Assembly (NCBI GenBank): GCA_030837965.1
Contig: JAUTXP010000053.1
Span: 16,893-80,892, forward strand
From: Acidimicrobiaceae bacterium
Lineage (GTDB): Bacteria > Actinomycetota > Acidimicrobiia > Acidimicrobiales > JAUTXP01
Length of the DNA stretch: 64,000 bases
Direction: 5' to 3'
Below, in pieces: positions 38,470 to 47,811 of the stretch. Every line of letters starts with the position of its first letter. Positions within the stretch are counted from its first letter, which is position 1. The position numbers and the translations under genes are program-made. The notes under the pieces are model-generated. The model had not been told where the DNA came from and searched no databases. It saw only the letters and a program-made list of their open reading frames with translations.

Positions 38470-41118
38470 GTGGGGCGAGACAAGAAGGCGGAGGTCCATG
38501 ACGAGGCGCTGACGCTCGCGCTCTTGGACACGTTGCTCCACACCGCCCCCGTCGGCATGGGATTCGTCGACGCCGACCTGCGCTTCGTGCGGGTGAACGA
38601 GGTGCTGGCAGCCATGAACGGCGCCTCGGTCGAGGACCACGTAGGCCGACGGGTGGACGAGGTTTTGACCGGACTGGCCGACACCCTCGTCCCCATCCTC
38701 ACCCGCACGCTCGAGACCGGCGTGCCCAGCGACGAGATCGAGGTCAAGGCGGGCCCGGCCGACGACCAGCGCTGGGTCATCAGCTACTACCCCGTGCGCG
38801 AGGGCCAAGGCCCGGTGGTGGGCGTCGGCGTCGTGGTGCGGGACGTGACCGAGCAGCGCCGGGCGGCCGAGGAGCTCGACACCAGGGCCCGCCACCTCGG
38901 GGCCTTGGCCGAGCTGGGCCAACGGGCCCTCATCGTGGACGACTTCGACGGCCTCCTGCACGAAGGGGCGGGCCTGCTGGGCGCCATCTTGGGCGCCGAC
39001 TTCGTGGACGTGCTCGAACACGACCCGGACGCGGGCCAGTTCGTGCTGCGACTGGCCCAGGGCTTCGGCGCCGAGGTGGGCACGCGCCTGTCGGCGGGAG
39101 TCGACGTGCAAGCAGGCTTCGCCCTGCACCACCGCATGCCGGTGGCCGTGCCCGACGTGGGCCAGGAGTCGCGGTTCACCACCCACCCCGCGGCGCACGG
39201 GCTGGAGGCCCAGGCCTCGTTGACCGTCGTGATCCGCGGCCCGGGCCGGCCCTTCGGCGTGCTGGGCGTGTCGAGCAAATCGCCGAGGGAGTTCCGCTCG
39301 GCCGAGGTCGACTTCGTGCAGTCGATGGCCAACGTGTTGGGCACCGCCGCGGCCAGGGCCCGCATCGACGCGGCCCTGCGCTCCGAGCGCGAGCGCCTCC
39401 GGTTGGCCCTGGACGCGGGCGGCCTGGGCGACTGGGAATGGGACATGGACGCCAACCAGGTGTCGTGGTCCGACTCGCTGCACGAGATCTACGGCTTGGC
39501 GCCCGGCGAGTTCGACGGCTCCTTCGAGCAGTACGTGTCCCTCATCCACCCGGACGACCGCCAGCACGTGCGAGACACCATCGACGCGGCCTTGCAGGGG
39601 GGGCTCGAGACCTACACCGTCGAGCACCGAGTGGTCACTCCGGACGGCTCGACCCGCTGGGTCGCGGGCCAGGGCATCGTGCGGCGCAAGGACGACGGGA
39701 CGCCGTTCGGGATGATCGGCGTGTCGTCCAACATCACCGACCGGGCCGAGGCCGAGTACAAGCAGACCGTGCTGTTCGCGGCCGAGCAGGAGGCCCGGAC
39801 GGAGGCCGAGGCAGCCCGAGACAGGCTCGAGTTCCTGGCCGAGGCCAGCGAGGTGTTGGCCAGCTCGCTCGACTACCGGGCCACGTTGAGCCAGGTCGCC
39901 TACCTGGCCGTGTCCCGACTGGCCGACTGGTGCGCGGTCGACATCGTCGAGGAGGAGGGCGACCTGCCCACCACCGTGGCCCTGGCCCACATCGACCCGG
40001 ACAAGATCGCCATGGCCGCCGACTTCAGGGCCAAGTACCCGCCCGACCCGTACAGCGACGAGGGCGTGGGCGGCGTCATCCGCTCCGGCCAGCCCTACGT
40101 CATCCCGATGATCACCGAGGAGATGCTGATCGGAGCCGCGCTGGAACCCGATCATCTGGAGGCGATCAGAGCCTTGCGCCTCACGTCTTCGATGATCGTG
40201 CCGCTGGTGGCGCGGGGCCGGACACTCGGCGCCATCACCCTCATCACGGCCGAGTCGGGCCGGGTCTACGCCGACGACGACTTGGCCTTGGCCATGGACC
40301 TGGCCCGGCGGGCCGCGGTCGCCATCGACAACGCCCGCCTCTACCGCGAGCGGTCCCAGGTCGCCGAGGCCTTGCAGCGCAGCCTCCTCCCGCCCAGCAG
40401 TCCGGAGATCCCCGGCCTGGAGGTGGCAGTCCGCTACCGGCCCATCGGCCAGGGCGCGGAGATCGGCGGCGACTTCTACGACGTGTTCGAGGCCAGCGAG
40501 TCCTCGTGGGTCGTGGTCATCGGCGACGTCTGCGGGAAGGGCACGGCCGCTGCGGCCTTGACCGGCCTGGCCCGCGACACCATCAGGGGCGTGTCCATCC
40601 GAGAGCGGGCGCCGCGCCGCGTGCTGCGCGTCCTCAATGAGGTCGTGGTCCGCAGGCAGGACGAGGACCCTCGGTTCTTGACCGTGGCCCTGGCCCGGCT
40701 GGAGGTCGACGCCTCCGGGGCCCGCATGTTGATTGCGTGCGGCGGCCATCCCCTGCCGCTGCTGCTGCGGGCCGACGGCACGCTGGAGGAGGCCGGGGCA
40801 CCGGGCATGCTGCTCGGCCTGTTCCCGGACGTGGACCCGGCCGACGTGAGCGTGGAGCTGCGACCCGGTGACGCGGTCGTGTTCTACACCGATGGGGTCA
40901 CCGAGGCCCGGGGTGAGGACGGGCAGTTCGGCGAGGGCAGGCTGCGGGCCTTGCTGGAGGCCGCCGGCGGGTCCGGCTCTGGCTCTGCCGGCTCTGGCTC
41001 TGTCGCCGACGCCGAGGGGTTGGCCCAGGCCGTGATCGACGCGCTGGACCAGTTCCAGCCCGGCCCGGCCCAAGACGACGTGGCCGTGGTGGTGCTGCGG
41101 GTCCCCACCCCGGCCTAA
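38470..41118 (+). CDS. PAS-GAF-PAS-GAF SpoIIE/PP2C phosphatase (RsbU/RsbP-like)
   Basis: PAS (FVRVNE..AAMNG), GAF, PAS (WEWD...IHPDDR), GAF, and PP2C motifs IGGDFYD, VIGDVCGKG, FYTDGVTEAR, QDDVAVV. GTG 38470 with TACCCT upstream. Confidence 0.92.
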   Translation: MGRDKKAEVHDEALTLALLDTLLHTAPVGMGFVDADLRFVRVNEVLAAMNGASVEDHVGRRVDEVLTGLADTLVPILTRTLETGVPSDEIEVKAGPADDQRWVISYYPVREGQGPVVGVGVVVRDVTEQRRAAEELDTRARHLGALAELGQRALIVDDFDGLLHEGAGLLGAILGADFVDVLEHDPDAGQFVLRLAQGFGAEVGTRLSAGVDVQAGFALHHRMPVAVPDVGQESRFTTHPAAHGLEAQASLTVVIRGPGRPFGVLGVSSKSPREFRSAEVDFVQSMANVLGTAAARARIDAALRSERERLRLALDAGGLGDWEWDMDANQVSWSDSLHEIYGLAPGEFDGSFEQYVSLIHPDDRQHVRDTIDAALQGGLETYTVEHRVVTPDGSTRWVAGQGIVRRKDDGTPFGMIGVSSNITDRAEAEYKQTVLFAAEQEARTEAEAARDRLEFLAEASEVLASSLDYRATLSQVAYLAVSRLADWCAVDIVEEEGDLPTTVALAHIDPDKIAMAADFRAKYPPDPYSDEGVGGVIRSGQPYVIPMITEEMLIGAALEPDHLEAIRALRLTSSMIVPLVARGRTLGAITLITAESGRVYADDDLALAMDLARRAAVAIDNARLYRERSQVAEALQRSLLPPSSPEIPGLEVAVRYRPIGQGAEIGGDFYDVFEASESSWVVVIGDVCGKGTAAAALTGLARDTIRGVSIRERAPRRVLRVLNEVVVRRQDEDPRFLTVALARLEVDASGARMLIACGGHPLPLLLRADGTLEEAGAPGMLLGLFPDVDPADVSVELRPGDAVVFYTDGVTEARGEDGQFGEGRLRALLEAAGGSGSGSAGSGSVADAEGLAQAVIDALDQFQPGPAQDDVAVVVLRVPTPA

Positions 41119-41128
41119 TCCCGTCCGA

Positions 41129-41170
41129 CTTGTCTTGCTGATTGCCGTATACGGCATCTGGCGCGACAAG
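41129..41170. repeat. REP-like palindrome, family D, copy 2 (degenerate)
   Basis: CTTGTC..GCTGATTGCCGTAT...GCGCGACAAG, shared with the reverse complement of 33036-33081. Confidence 0.62.
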
Positions 41171-41216
41171 AGCGGGCTGACCGCCTATTCGGCGCCAACC
41201 GGACAATGATGGGTCC

Positions 41217-41723
41217 ATGCGCAACCTTGTGAGGCTGGTGGCCGTCATGACCCTCGTCGGCGTGGTGGCGGGCGGATGCGGCAAGTCCAACAGCGGTAGT
41301 GCCGGCAGCGGGACGGGAACGGGGACGGCGGACACGGCCGCGCCGGTCAAGCTCTCGGGAACGACCAATAACCACGGGACCAAGGACTTCACCGGCAAGG
41401 GCGGATCGGCCGACGTCACGGTCGAGCTGGACGACTTCTACATGGCCCCGACCTTCATCAAGGCCAAGGCGGGCCAGACGCTGTCGATCACGATCAAGAA
41501 CGACGGCAAGAACGCCCACACGTTCACGACCGGCGGCGGCGTGGACGAGCAGGTGAACCCCGGCAAGTCGGCCAAGGCCAGCCTGACTGCGCCCGCATCC
41601 GGCGTGCTCGTCTACTACTGCCGGTTCCATCAGGGCCAGGGCATGCAGGGCGCGGTGTACTTGAAGGACGGCGCCAGCTCCGAGACGCCCAGCACCGCAG
41701 GCTCCGGCGGCAGCGGCTACTAA
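41217..41723 (+). CDS. Cupredoxin-domain lipoprotein
   Basis: Lipobox VAGG-C, HTFT and YYCRFHQGQGM (type-1 copper ligands H, C, H, M). Confidence 0.86.
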   Translation: MRNLVRLVAVMTLVGVVAGGCGKSNSGSAGSGTGTGTADTAAPVKLSGTTNNHGTKDFTGKGGSADVTVELDDFYMAPTFIKAKAGQTLSITIKNDGKNAHTFTTGGGVDEQVNPGKSAKASLTAPASGVLVYYCRFHQGQGMQGAVYLKDGASSETPSTAGSGGSGY

Positions 41724-41753
41724 CTCCGCCGGCCTCCCCGGCCCGCGCTGACT

Positions 41754-41805
41754 CACGTGTGGAGGACATAGCCACCCGTTGGGTGTGGCTATGTCCTCCA
41801 GTCCG
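41754..41805. repeat. REP-like palindrome, family B, copy 3
   Basis: TGGAGGACATAGCCAC (41760-41775) / GTGGCTATGTCCTCCA (41785-41800), with cacgt and gtccg flanks. Confidence 0.88.
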
Positions 41806-41847
41806 TTGACAAGGGCCTTCCGGGAATGCATGCTCGGTATGCATTCC
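41806..41847 (+). promoter_or_regulatory. Sigma70-type promoter with an overlapping palindromic operator (probable PadR autoregulation)
   Basis: TTGACA (41806-41811), 17 nt, CATGCT (41829-41834); GGAATGCAT-N7-ATGCATTCC (41823-41847) covers the -10. Confidence 0.7.
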
Positions 41848-41863
41848 ACAGGAGGGGGCGCGG

Positions 41864-42445
41864 ATGTCGGTGCGGGAAGGGCTGTTGGCCCTGTTGGGGG
41901 ACGAGCCGGTCCACGGCTACGTCCTGAAGACTGGCTTCGAGGCCGCAACCGGCGGGGTCTGGCCCCTCAACGTGGGGCAGGTCTACAAGACGCTTGAACG
42001 GCTCGAGCGCGACGGGCTGGTCCACGCCCGAGAGCGCCAGGGGCAGCGCCAGTACCGCATCACCGATGACGGCCTGGCCGCGCTGGGCGCGTGGTGGGAC
42101 GCCGTGCCCGACGACGAGCCGCCGCCGCGCGACGAGTTGATGCTCAAGGTCTTGATGGCGGTGGGCCAAGGCCGCGACCACGCGCTGGACGTCATCACCA
42201 AGCAGCGGAGCGCGGTGATGGCCCAGTTGCAGCTCCGCAGGCGGGGGCCGAGCACGGCCCGTCGACGCGGCCGCGACCCGATGGTGGCGGCCATGGTGGA
42301 CGACGCCCTGGTGGTGCGGGCCGAGGCCGACCTGCGCTGGCTGGACCTGTGCGAGGAGCGGCTGACCCATCCCGATCCATCCGAGGAGACCGGCCGTCGG
42401 CCCGTCACCCGGCCCCGACGCGGCACCCGAGGAGCGCGCTCATGA
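41864..42445 (+). CDS. PadR family transcriptional regulator
   Basis: LLALL...HGYVLK...LNVGQVYKTLERLERDG...YRITDDG..AL..W, with a C-terminal Vir_act-like helix. Confidence 0.92.
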   Translation: MSVREGLLALLGDEPVHGYVLKTGFEAATGGVWPLNVGQVYKTLERLERDGLVHARERQGQRQYRITDDGLAALGAWWDAVPDDEPPPRDELMLKVLMAVGQGRDHALDVITKQRSAVMAQLQLRRRGPSTARRRGRDPMVAAMVDDALVVRAEADLRWLDLCEERLTHPDPSEETGRRPVTRPRRGTRGARS

Positions 42446-43176
42446 CCACCCCGATCCTGGAACTGCGAGACGTGGTCAAGAGCTACGGCGCAGGTCCCAC
42501 CGAGGTCCGGGCCGTGACCGGCGTGTCGCTGGCCGTGGCGCCGGGCGAGTTCGTAGCCGTGCGGGGCCCGTCGGGGTGCGGCAAGTCGACCCTGCTGCAC
42601 ATGGCGGGCGGCCTCGAGGACCCCACCGCGGGCCACGTGCTGTTCGACGGACGGGCCTTGTACGAGATGAGCGCGGCAGAGCGGGCCGGGCTGCGGCGAG
42701 GCGGCGTGGGCTACGTCTTCCAGCGGCTGAACCTGGTGCCCAGCCTCACGGCCATGGAGAACGTCATGCTCCCCTTGGAGTTGGACGGTGTGGGCTCGCG
42801 GGAGGCCAAGGAGCGGGCGGCCGAGGCGCTCGACGCGGTGGGGCTCGACCGCCATCTCGAGCGCTACCCGGACGACTTCTCGGGCGGGCAGCAACAGCGC
42901 ATCGCCATCGCCCGGGCCATCGTCGGGACCCGTCGGCTGTTGTTGGCCGACGAGCCCACCGGCTCGCTGGACACGCCCACTGGCGACGCCGTGGTCGAGC
43001 TGATCGCCTCGTTGCCCGCACGGCTGGGCACGGCCGTGGTCCTCGTTACGCACGAGCCGCGGTACGCGGCGTGGGCCGACCGGGTCGTCTCCATGCGGGA
43101 CGGGTGCGTGGTCGACACCACCGTCGCCCCGCCAGTGCGCAAGTCGGCCAGGCGGACGGTCGGGGCCCGGCGGTGA
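42442..43176 (+). CDS. ABC transporter ATP-binding protein (LolD/MacB-like)
   Basis: GPSGCGKST, VFQRLNL, FSGGQQQR, LADEPTG, VTHE. Confidence 0.94.
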   Translation: MTTPILELRDVVKSYGAGPTEVRAVTGVSLAVAPGEFVAVRGPSGCGKSTLLHMAGGLEDPTAGHVLFDGRALYEMSAAERAGLRRGGVGYVFQRLNLVPSLTAMENVMLPLELDGVGSREAKERAAEALDAVGLDRHLERYPDDFSGGQQQRIAIARAIVGTRRLLLADEPTGSLDTPTGDAVVELIASLPARLGTAVVLVTHEPRYAAWADRVVSMRDGCVVDTTVAPPVRKSARRTVGARR

Positions 43177-45770
43177 GGACCCGCGGCGGTGCCCGGCTGG
43201 CGGCCCGGTTGGCACGACGGGAGGTGCGGCGCAGGCCCTGGCGCTCGGCCTTGGTGGCCTTGCTGGTCGCCGGGCCGGTGGCGGGGATGACGGCCGCGAC
43301 CGTGCTGGTCCGCACCAACCACCTCACGGCCATGCAGGAGTGGCGGTTCAACAGCGGACAGGCCGACGCCGTGTTGCCTGCTCGCGCCGCGGGCGATCTG
43401 CCGCCCGGCAGCCGAGCCGTGCCCTTCGAGACCGACTACCCGTTGCTGCGGACCGCGGCCGGTGACCGGGTGCGGGCCCAGGTCACGTCCATGCCGCTCG
43501 CCGACCCCATGGCCAAAGGCGTGTTCAACCTGCGGTCGGGGCGGGACCGGGTCGGTCCAGGCGAGGTCGTGTTGAGCAGCCATGCCGCCCACCGGCTCCA
43601 TGTCCGGCTGCACGACGTGCTCCACGTCGAGCGGCCGGTGGCGCAAGACCTGACGGTGGTCGGCGTGGGCGAGGCCGCGGGATGGAAGGACAGCGATGTC
43701 GTCGCCCTCGAAGCAGGAAGGCCGTTCGGGTGGCGCACGCAATCCGAGCCCGGGTTGCTGGTCGACCTGCCCGCGGGGGTGACCGGCCATCGGCTGGACG
43801 CGTGGCTGAAGGCCTCGTTGGCCAAGGGCGGCGGCGTGAGCCTGGCGCCCGATCTGACCGCAGGCTTGGCGCCCGGCTCGGCCTCGGACAACGCCACCCG
43901 AGTGGTGGCGTGGAGCTGGGTGATCGGCGCCGCCGCCCTCACCGTGATCGGGATCGTGATCGCGGCTGCCTTCGCGGCCGGCGCCCGCAGGCAGTTGACG
44001 ACCATGGGCCAGTTGGCGGCCAACGGGGCCACTCCGAAGATGCTGCGGCGCATGCTGTTGCTGCAAGGGACGTGGACCGGAGTCGTGGGCGCGGCCGGGG
44101 GTCTGATGCTTGGCTTCGTCTTGTTGGCCGCGGGCGCGCCATACCGGTACCAACTCCTTGGTCGGGACGTGGGGCCGTACAAGGTGCACGTGCCCGACCT
44201 GGTGCCTGCGGTGCTGCTCGGCGTGATCGCCGCCACCATGGCCGCCCTCATCCCGGCCCGAACCGCGAGCCGCACGCCCGTCCTGGCTGCGCTGGCGGGC
44301 CGACGGCCCGTCGCACCCGTTCCCGCCTGGCTGGCCACCGCGGGCGGCATCACGATCGGGGGCGGCCTGGCCTTGCTGGCCCTGTCCGTTCTCGGGGCCA
44401 AGAGCAACGCCAATGGCGATGTGTGGACGCTGACCGGCGGGGTGGGCGGAATGGCCGTGCTGTTGGGCGCGTGCGCGGTGGCCCCGGCCTACGTGAGCTG
44501 TCTGGAGCCGGTGGCGGCCCGGCTGCGAGGGACGTGGCGGCTGGCGGCCCGGAGCCTGGCCCGCCAGCGGACGCGCACCTCCGCGGTGGTTGCCGCCGTG
44601 GCCGCGGCGACCGCGCTGGCCGTGGCCGCGTCGGCCGTGGTCCTGGCCGTCGACACCCAGCGCAGGCACCGCAGCCCGCTGCTGGCCCTCGACCAGGTGC
44701 AGGTCGTCACCACGGTGAACTCGGTGGGTGGGGAGGGGGACACCCAGCCCCCGCCTGCAGTGCCCGCCCCGTCGCCGCCAGAGCTGGTGGACAGGATGCG
44801 GGCCGTGCTGCCGTCGGCTTCTGTGCTGCGGCTGACGACGCTGACCCCAGCCGTGGACGGGCCGTCGACGCCGCTGGTCGGCGGGTTCACGCCCGACCAT
44901 CGAGGTCAGGCCGAGCATGCGGGCGATCCCCAAGCCGTCAGCAACACCACCGTCGCCGCGTTGGCGGACGCCGATGCCATGGCCGCGTACAAGCTGGATC
45001 GGGTGGCGCGGTCGGCTCTTGACCGCGACGGGGCCGTGGCCTTCGCCTTCGGCGCGTCGGGCCGCGTCGACCTCGGGGCGCCATCGGCCGCCGTGCCCAT
45101 CCGGGTCCTGGACCGAGGTCGGTACTCGGTGGGCAGCCTGCCCCAGCTTCTGCTGACGCGGGCCAGGGCCCAGAGCCTCGGTCTGGTGGCCCAGCCCACC
45201 CACGTGGTGTTCCAGTTGCCGGAGCGGCTGACGGCCGACCAGCGCGACCAGGCCAGGGGCGTGCTCGAGGACTACGACGATCTGCACCCGATGGAGATCG
45301 TGGTCGACCCCGACGTTCCCGTGACGCGGCCCAGCACGACCGTGGACTTCGCGGTGCCGGAGAGCGGCCCCGACCCGCTGGTGCTGGAGACGCTGTTGGC
45401 CTTGTTCGCACTGGGTTTCTGCCTCTTCGTGGTCGCCGTCAACCTGGCGTTGGCCGCGGCCGAGACCCGCGAGGAGCGCGACACCCTCACTGTCGTCGGG
45501 GCTGCGCCTCGCACCATCAGCCGGGCCAACGGCCACAAGGCCCTCTTGCTCAGCCTGTTGGGCGCGGGTCTGGGCATCCCCGTCGGCCTGGTGCCCGTGT
45601 TCGTGCTGACCCGCGTGGACGCGGGCGACCTGCCCTTCGTGATGCCGTGGCGCCTGCTGGCCGCGCTGGCCGTGGCCGTCCCGTTGGTGGCCGCCGCGGC
45701 CACCAACGCGGCCAGCGCCGTCGGCCTGCGTCTGCGTCCCGCGCAGGTGTCGACCATGGCCTTCGACTGA
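43173..45770 (+). CDS. FtsX-like ABC permease (two FtsX domains)
   Basis: RRRPWRSALV, two TM clusters with RRQLTTMGQLAANGAT and ERDTLTVVGAAP. GTGA overlap with the ATPase gene. Confidence 0.86.
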   Translation: MRTRGGARLAARLARREVRRRPWRSALVALLVAGPVAGMTAATVLVRTNHLTAMQEWRFNSGQADAVLPARAAGDLPPGSRAVPFETDYPLLRTAAGDRVRAQVTSMPLADPMAKGVFNLRSGRDRVGPGEVVLSSHAAHRLHVRLHDVLHVERPVAQDLTVVGVGEAAGWKDSDVVALEAGRPFGWRTQSEPGLLVDLPAGVTGHRLDAWLKASLAKGGGVSLAPDLTAGLAPGSASDNATRVVAWSWVIGAAALTVIGIVIAAAFAAGARRQLTTMGQLAANGATPKMLRRMLLLQGTWTGVVGAAGGLMLGFVLLAAGAPYRYQLLGRDVGPYKVHVPDLVPAVLLGVIAATMAALIPARTASRTPVLAALAGRRPVAPVPAWLATAGGITIGGGLALLALSVLGAKSNANGDVWTLTGGVGGMAVLLGACAVAPAYVSCLEPVAARLRGTWRLAARSLARQRTRTSAVVAAVAAATALAVAASAVVLAVDTQRRHRSPLLALDQVQVVTTVNSVGGEGDTQPPPAVPAPSPPELVDRMRAVLPSASVLRLTTLTPAVDGPSTPLVGGFTPDHRGQAEHAGDPQAVSNTTVAALADADAMAAYKLDRVARSALDRDGAVAFAFGASGRVDLGAPSAAVPIRVLDRGRYSVGSLPQLLLTRARAQSLGLVAQPTHVVFQLPERLTADQRDQARGVLEDYDDLHPMEIVVDPDVPVTRPSTTVDFAVPESGPDPLVLETLLALFALGFCLFVVAVNLALAAAETREERDTLTVVGAAPRTISRANGHKALLLSLLGAGLGIPVGLVPVFVLTRVDAGDLPFVMPWRLLAALAVAVPLVAAAATNAASAVGLRLRPAQVSTMAFD

Positions 45771-45783
45771 CGCCGACCCTTTT

Positions 45784-45835
45784 CACGTCTGGAGGACATG
45801 GCCTGTCGTTTCCGCAGGCCATGTCCTCCAGTCCG
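45784..45835. repeat. REP-like palindrome, family B, copy 4
   Basis: CTGGAGGACATGGCCTG (45789-45805) / CAGGCCATGTCCTCCAG (45815-45831). Confidence 0.88.
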
Positions 45836-45849
45836 AGGACGGGTGGTGG

Positions 45850-46218
45850 TTAGGCGCCGACCGCGCTGGCCGCGGCCACCCCGTTGCCGTAGAGCACGAC
45901 CAGGCACGGTCCGCCCCTGGGCGTGAACGGGACCACCAGCACACCCGGCCCCACCACGGTTGCCACCGCAGGCCCGCCGATGGCGCAGATGACGATGGCC
46001 GTGGCCATCTCGCCCGCCGCCGCGGTGACCGTCAGCGTGCCCAGCCCGATGGCCGCGGGCAGGTAGTCACACTCGGCCGCGCCGTCGGCCGTGACCGCGG
46101 CCGTGCACGTGAGCGGGGGCGGGATGGCGCCTGCCGGTGCCGCGGGAAGCAGCAGGCCCGCGAGGGCCAGCACCGAGACGACGGCGACTGCGGATGAGTA
46201 CCTCGTGCGTCGTCGCAT
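45850..46218 (-). CDS. Small secreted Cys-containing hypothetical protein (paralog 1)
   Basis: MRRRTR signal peptide ending PAGA; mature IPPPLTCTAAVTADGAAEC, 4 Cys. Confidence 0.72.
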   Translation of the reverse strand: MRRRTRYSSAVAVVSVLALAGLLLPAAPAGAIPPPLTCTAAVTADGAAECDYLPAAIGLGTLTVTAAAGEMATAIVICAIGGPAVATVVGPGVLVVPFTPRGGPCLVVLYGNGVAAASAVGA

Positions 46219-46220
46219 GG

Positions 46221-46592
46221 CTAGAACCCCACCGCCGTGGCCCAGCCCACACCCGTGCCCACCACTTCCACCACGCACAGCCCGGCTCTCGGCAGCGGCG
46301 GCGAGGGCGAGAATCCAGGCCCGACCACCACCAAGGCGAACGTGCCCACCGTGCAATGCAGCGTGGCCGCCGCGATCTCCCCCGCCGCCACCGTCAGCGT
46401 GAACCCGCCCACTGCGGCCGCGGGCGTGAGGGGCACCACCATGAACAGGCACTGCGCGGCACCGTCGCCGGTGACTGCGGCCGTGCACGTGGCGGGCGGT
46501 GGCAGGGCTCCCGCCGGTGGGGCCCCACCCACCCACATCAACGCGGTCGTCCCGATGGCCAGGGCGACCAGGAATCTGGTCAGACGTCGCAT
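46221..46592 (-). CDS. Small secreted Cys-containing hypothetical protein (paralog 2)
   Basis: MRRLTR signal peptide ending PAGA; mature LPPPATCTAAVTGDGAAQC, 4 Cys, GGGGAG RBS. Confidence 0.72.
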   Translation of the reverse strand: MRRLTRFLVALAIGTTALMWVGGAPPAGALPPPATCTAAVTGDGAAQCLFMVVPLTPAAAVGGFTLTVAAGEIAAATLHCTVGTFALVVVGPGFSPSPPLPRAGLCVVEVVGTGVGWATAVGF

Positions 46593-46698
46593 CACTCCCC
46601 CTTGGTCCTGCATTTGCCGGGGGGAGGTCCCGAGTTGTGCGAACGACCCTAACCCACGACGGCGGTGGCGCGCCCGGCCCCACCCCGCGAGTGGTGCG

Positions 46699-47811
46699 TC
46701 AGTAGGCCGCGTGCAGAAGGGCGCGCAGGTCGTCCTCGCTGACCGGACGAGGGTTGGTGGCCACGTTGCGGTTGTCCATGGCCAAGCGGGCCACGACGTC
46801 GAGCTCGGCCTCATCCACCCCGCAGTCGCGCAGCCCAGCGGGTAGGCCGAGCCGCGACCGCAGACGGTCGACCGCGCCTGCCGGATCGTCGGCATCGCCC
46901 AGCGCGTCCCCGATGCGACGGGCCTGGTCGGGCACGGCCTCGGCCGTGAAGCGCAAGGTGTGGGCCAACAGCACGGCGTTGGCCAGGCCGTGGGCGATGC
47001 CGGTGCGCGCCCCCACCACCTGGGCCAGTCCGTGGTGCACGCCCATGGCCGCGTTCTGCAGGCACCGTCCGCCGAGCACCGCGCCTTCGAGCATGCGGGT
47101 GCGAGCAGCCAGGTCGCCCGGCTCGTCGACCACTGCGGGCAGCGCCGACGCGACCCGCTCGATGCACGCCATGGCGATGGCCTCGGCCTCAGGAGTGCGC
47201 GTCGACGAGTAGGCGCACTCGATCCCGTGGGCCAGACAGTTCATCCCCGTCTCCGCGCTCACGCGCTGCGGAGTGTCCAAGGTGACCACCGGGTCGTACA
47301 CCGCGGCCATGGGCGCCACCGTTGGCCCACCCGCGGCCTGCTTCTGGCGGCTGGCCTCGTCGGTCATGCCGAAGAACGGCGTGAGCTCGGCGCCCGAGTA
47401 CGTGGTGGGCACCGAGACATGGGCCAGCAGGGGCTTGTCGGCGAAGGACCGGCCGGACATGCCCGCCTGCTGCTCGGTGAAGAAGCACACGCCCTTGGCC
47501 AGGTCCGAGCACGACCCGCCGCCGAACGACACCACCGCGTCCACGTTGTCGTCCGCGGCCTGGCCCAGGGCGGCCTGGAGCGCGGCAGTCGGAACATGCG
47601 GGCGCACGCCGTCGAACACCGACACCAAGGCGCGACCCAGCGAGCGCACGACCCGCTGCCCGGCGTCGGAGTCACGCCGCCCCGCGGTGGTCACCAGCAG
47701 CACTCGGCGGCCGCCCACCTCCTTCACCACCTCGCCCAACCGATCGACCGCGTCGGTGCCGAAGACGATCTTCTGGGTGTACCCGGTGTGGGTCCACGAC
47801 CGAAGGGTCAC
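46699..47811 (-). CDS. Iron-containing alcohol dehydrogenase / maleylacetate reductase-like protein
   Basis: GGGSCSDLAK, VPTTYSGAE, GMNCLAH, GVHHGLAQ, AHGLAN. GTG 47811 overlaps the upstream stop. Confidence 0.87.
   Translation of the reverse strand: MTLRSWTHTGYTQKIVFGTDAVDRLGEVVKEVGGRRVLLVTTAGRRDSDAGQRVVRSLGRALVSVFDGVRPHVPTAALQAALGQAADDNVDAVVSFGGGSCSDLAKGVCFFTEQQAGMSGRSFADKPLLAHVSVPTTYSGAELTPFFGMTDEASRQKQAAGGPTVAPMAAVYDPVVTLDTPQRVSAETGMNCLAHGIECAYSSTRTPEAEAIAMACIERVASALPAVVDEPGDLAARTRMLEGAVLGGRCLQNAAMGVHHGLAQVVGARTGIAHGLANAVLLAHTLRFTAEAVPDQARRIGDALGDADDPAGAVDRLRSRLGLPAGLRDCGVDEAELDVVARLAMDNRNVATNPRPVSEDDLRALLHAAY

Noticed and set aside
38490-38512. GGAGGT followed by out-of-frame ATG ACG AGG CGC TGA at the SpoIIE 5' end (possible regulatory mini-ORF)
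   Set aside because: SD-to-ATG spacing is only 2 nt, so it is likely coincidental within coding sequence.
29128-41118. Apparent giant fusions in the ORF track (29128-32193 and 36361-41118)
   Set aside because: The N-terminal parts are antisense to thiL or to the oxidase/NIPSNAP/VOC genes. The real starts are 30391 (pckG) and 38470 (SpoIIE), each with a -10 hexamer.
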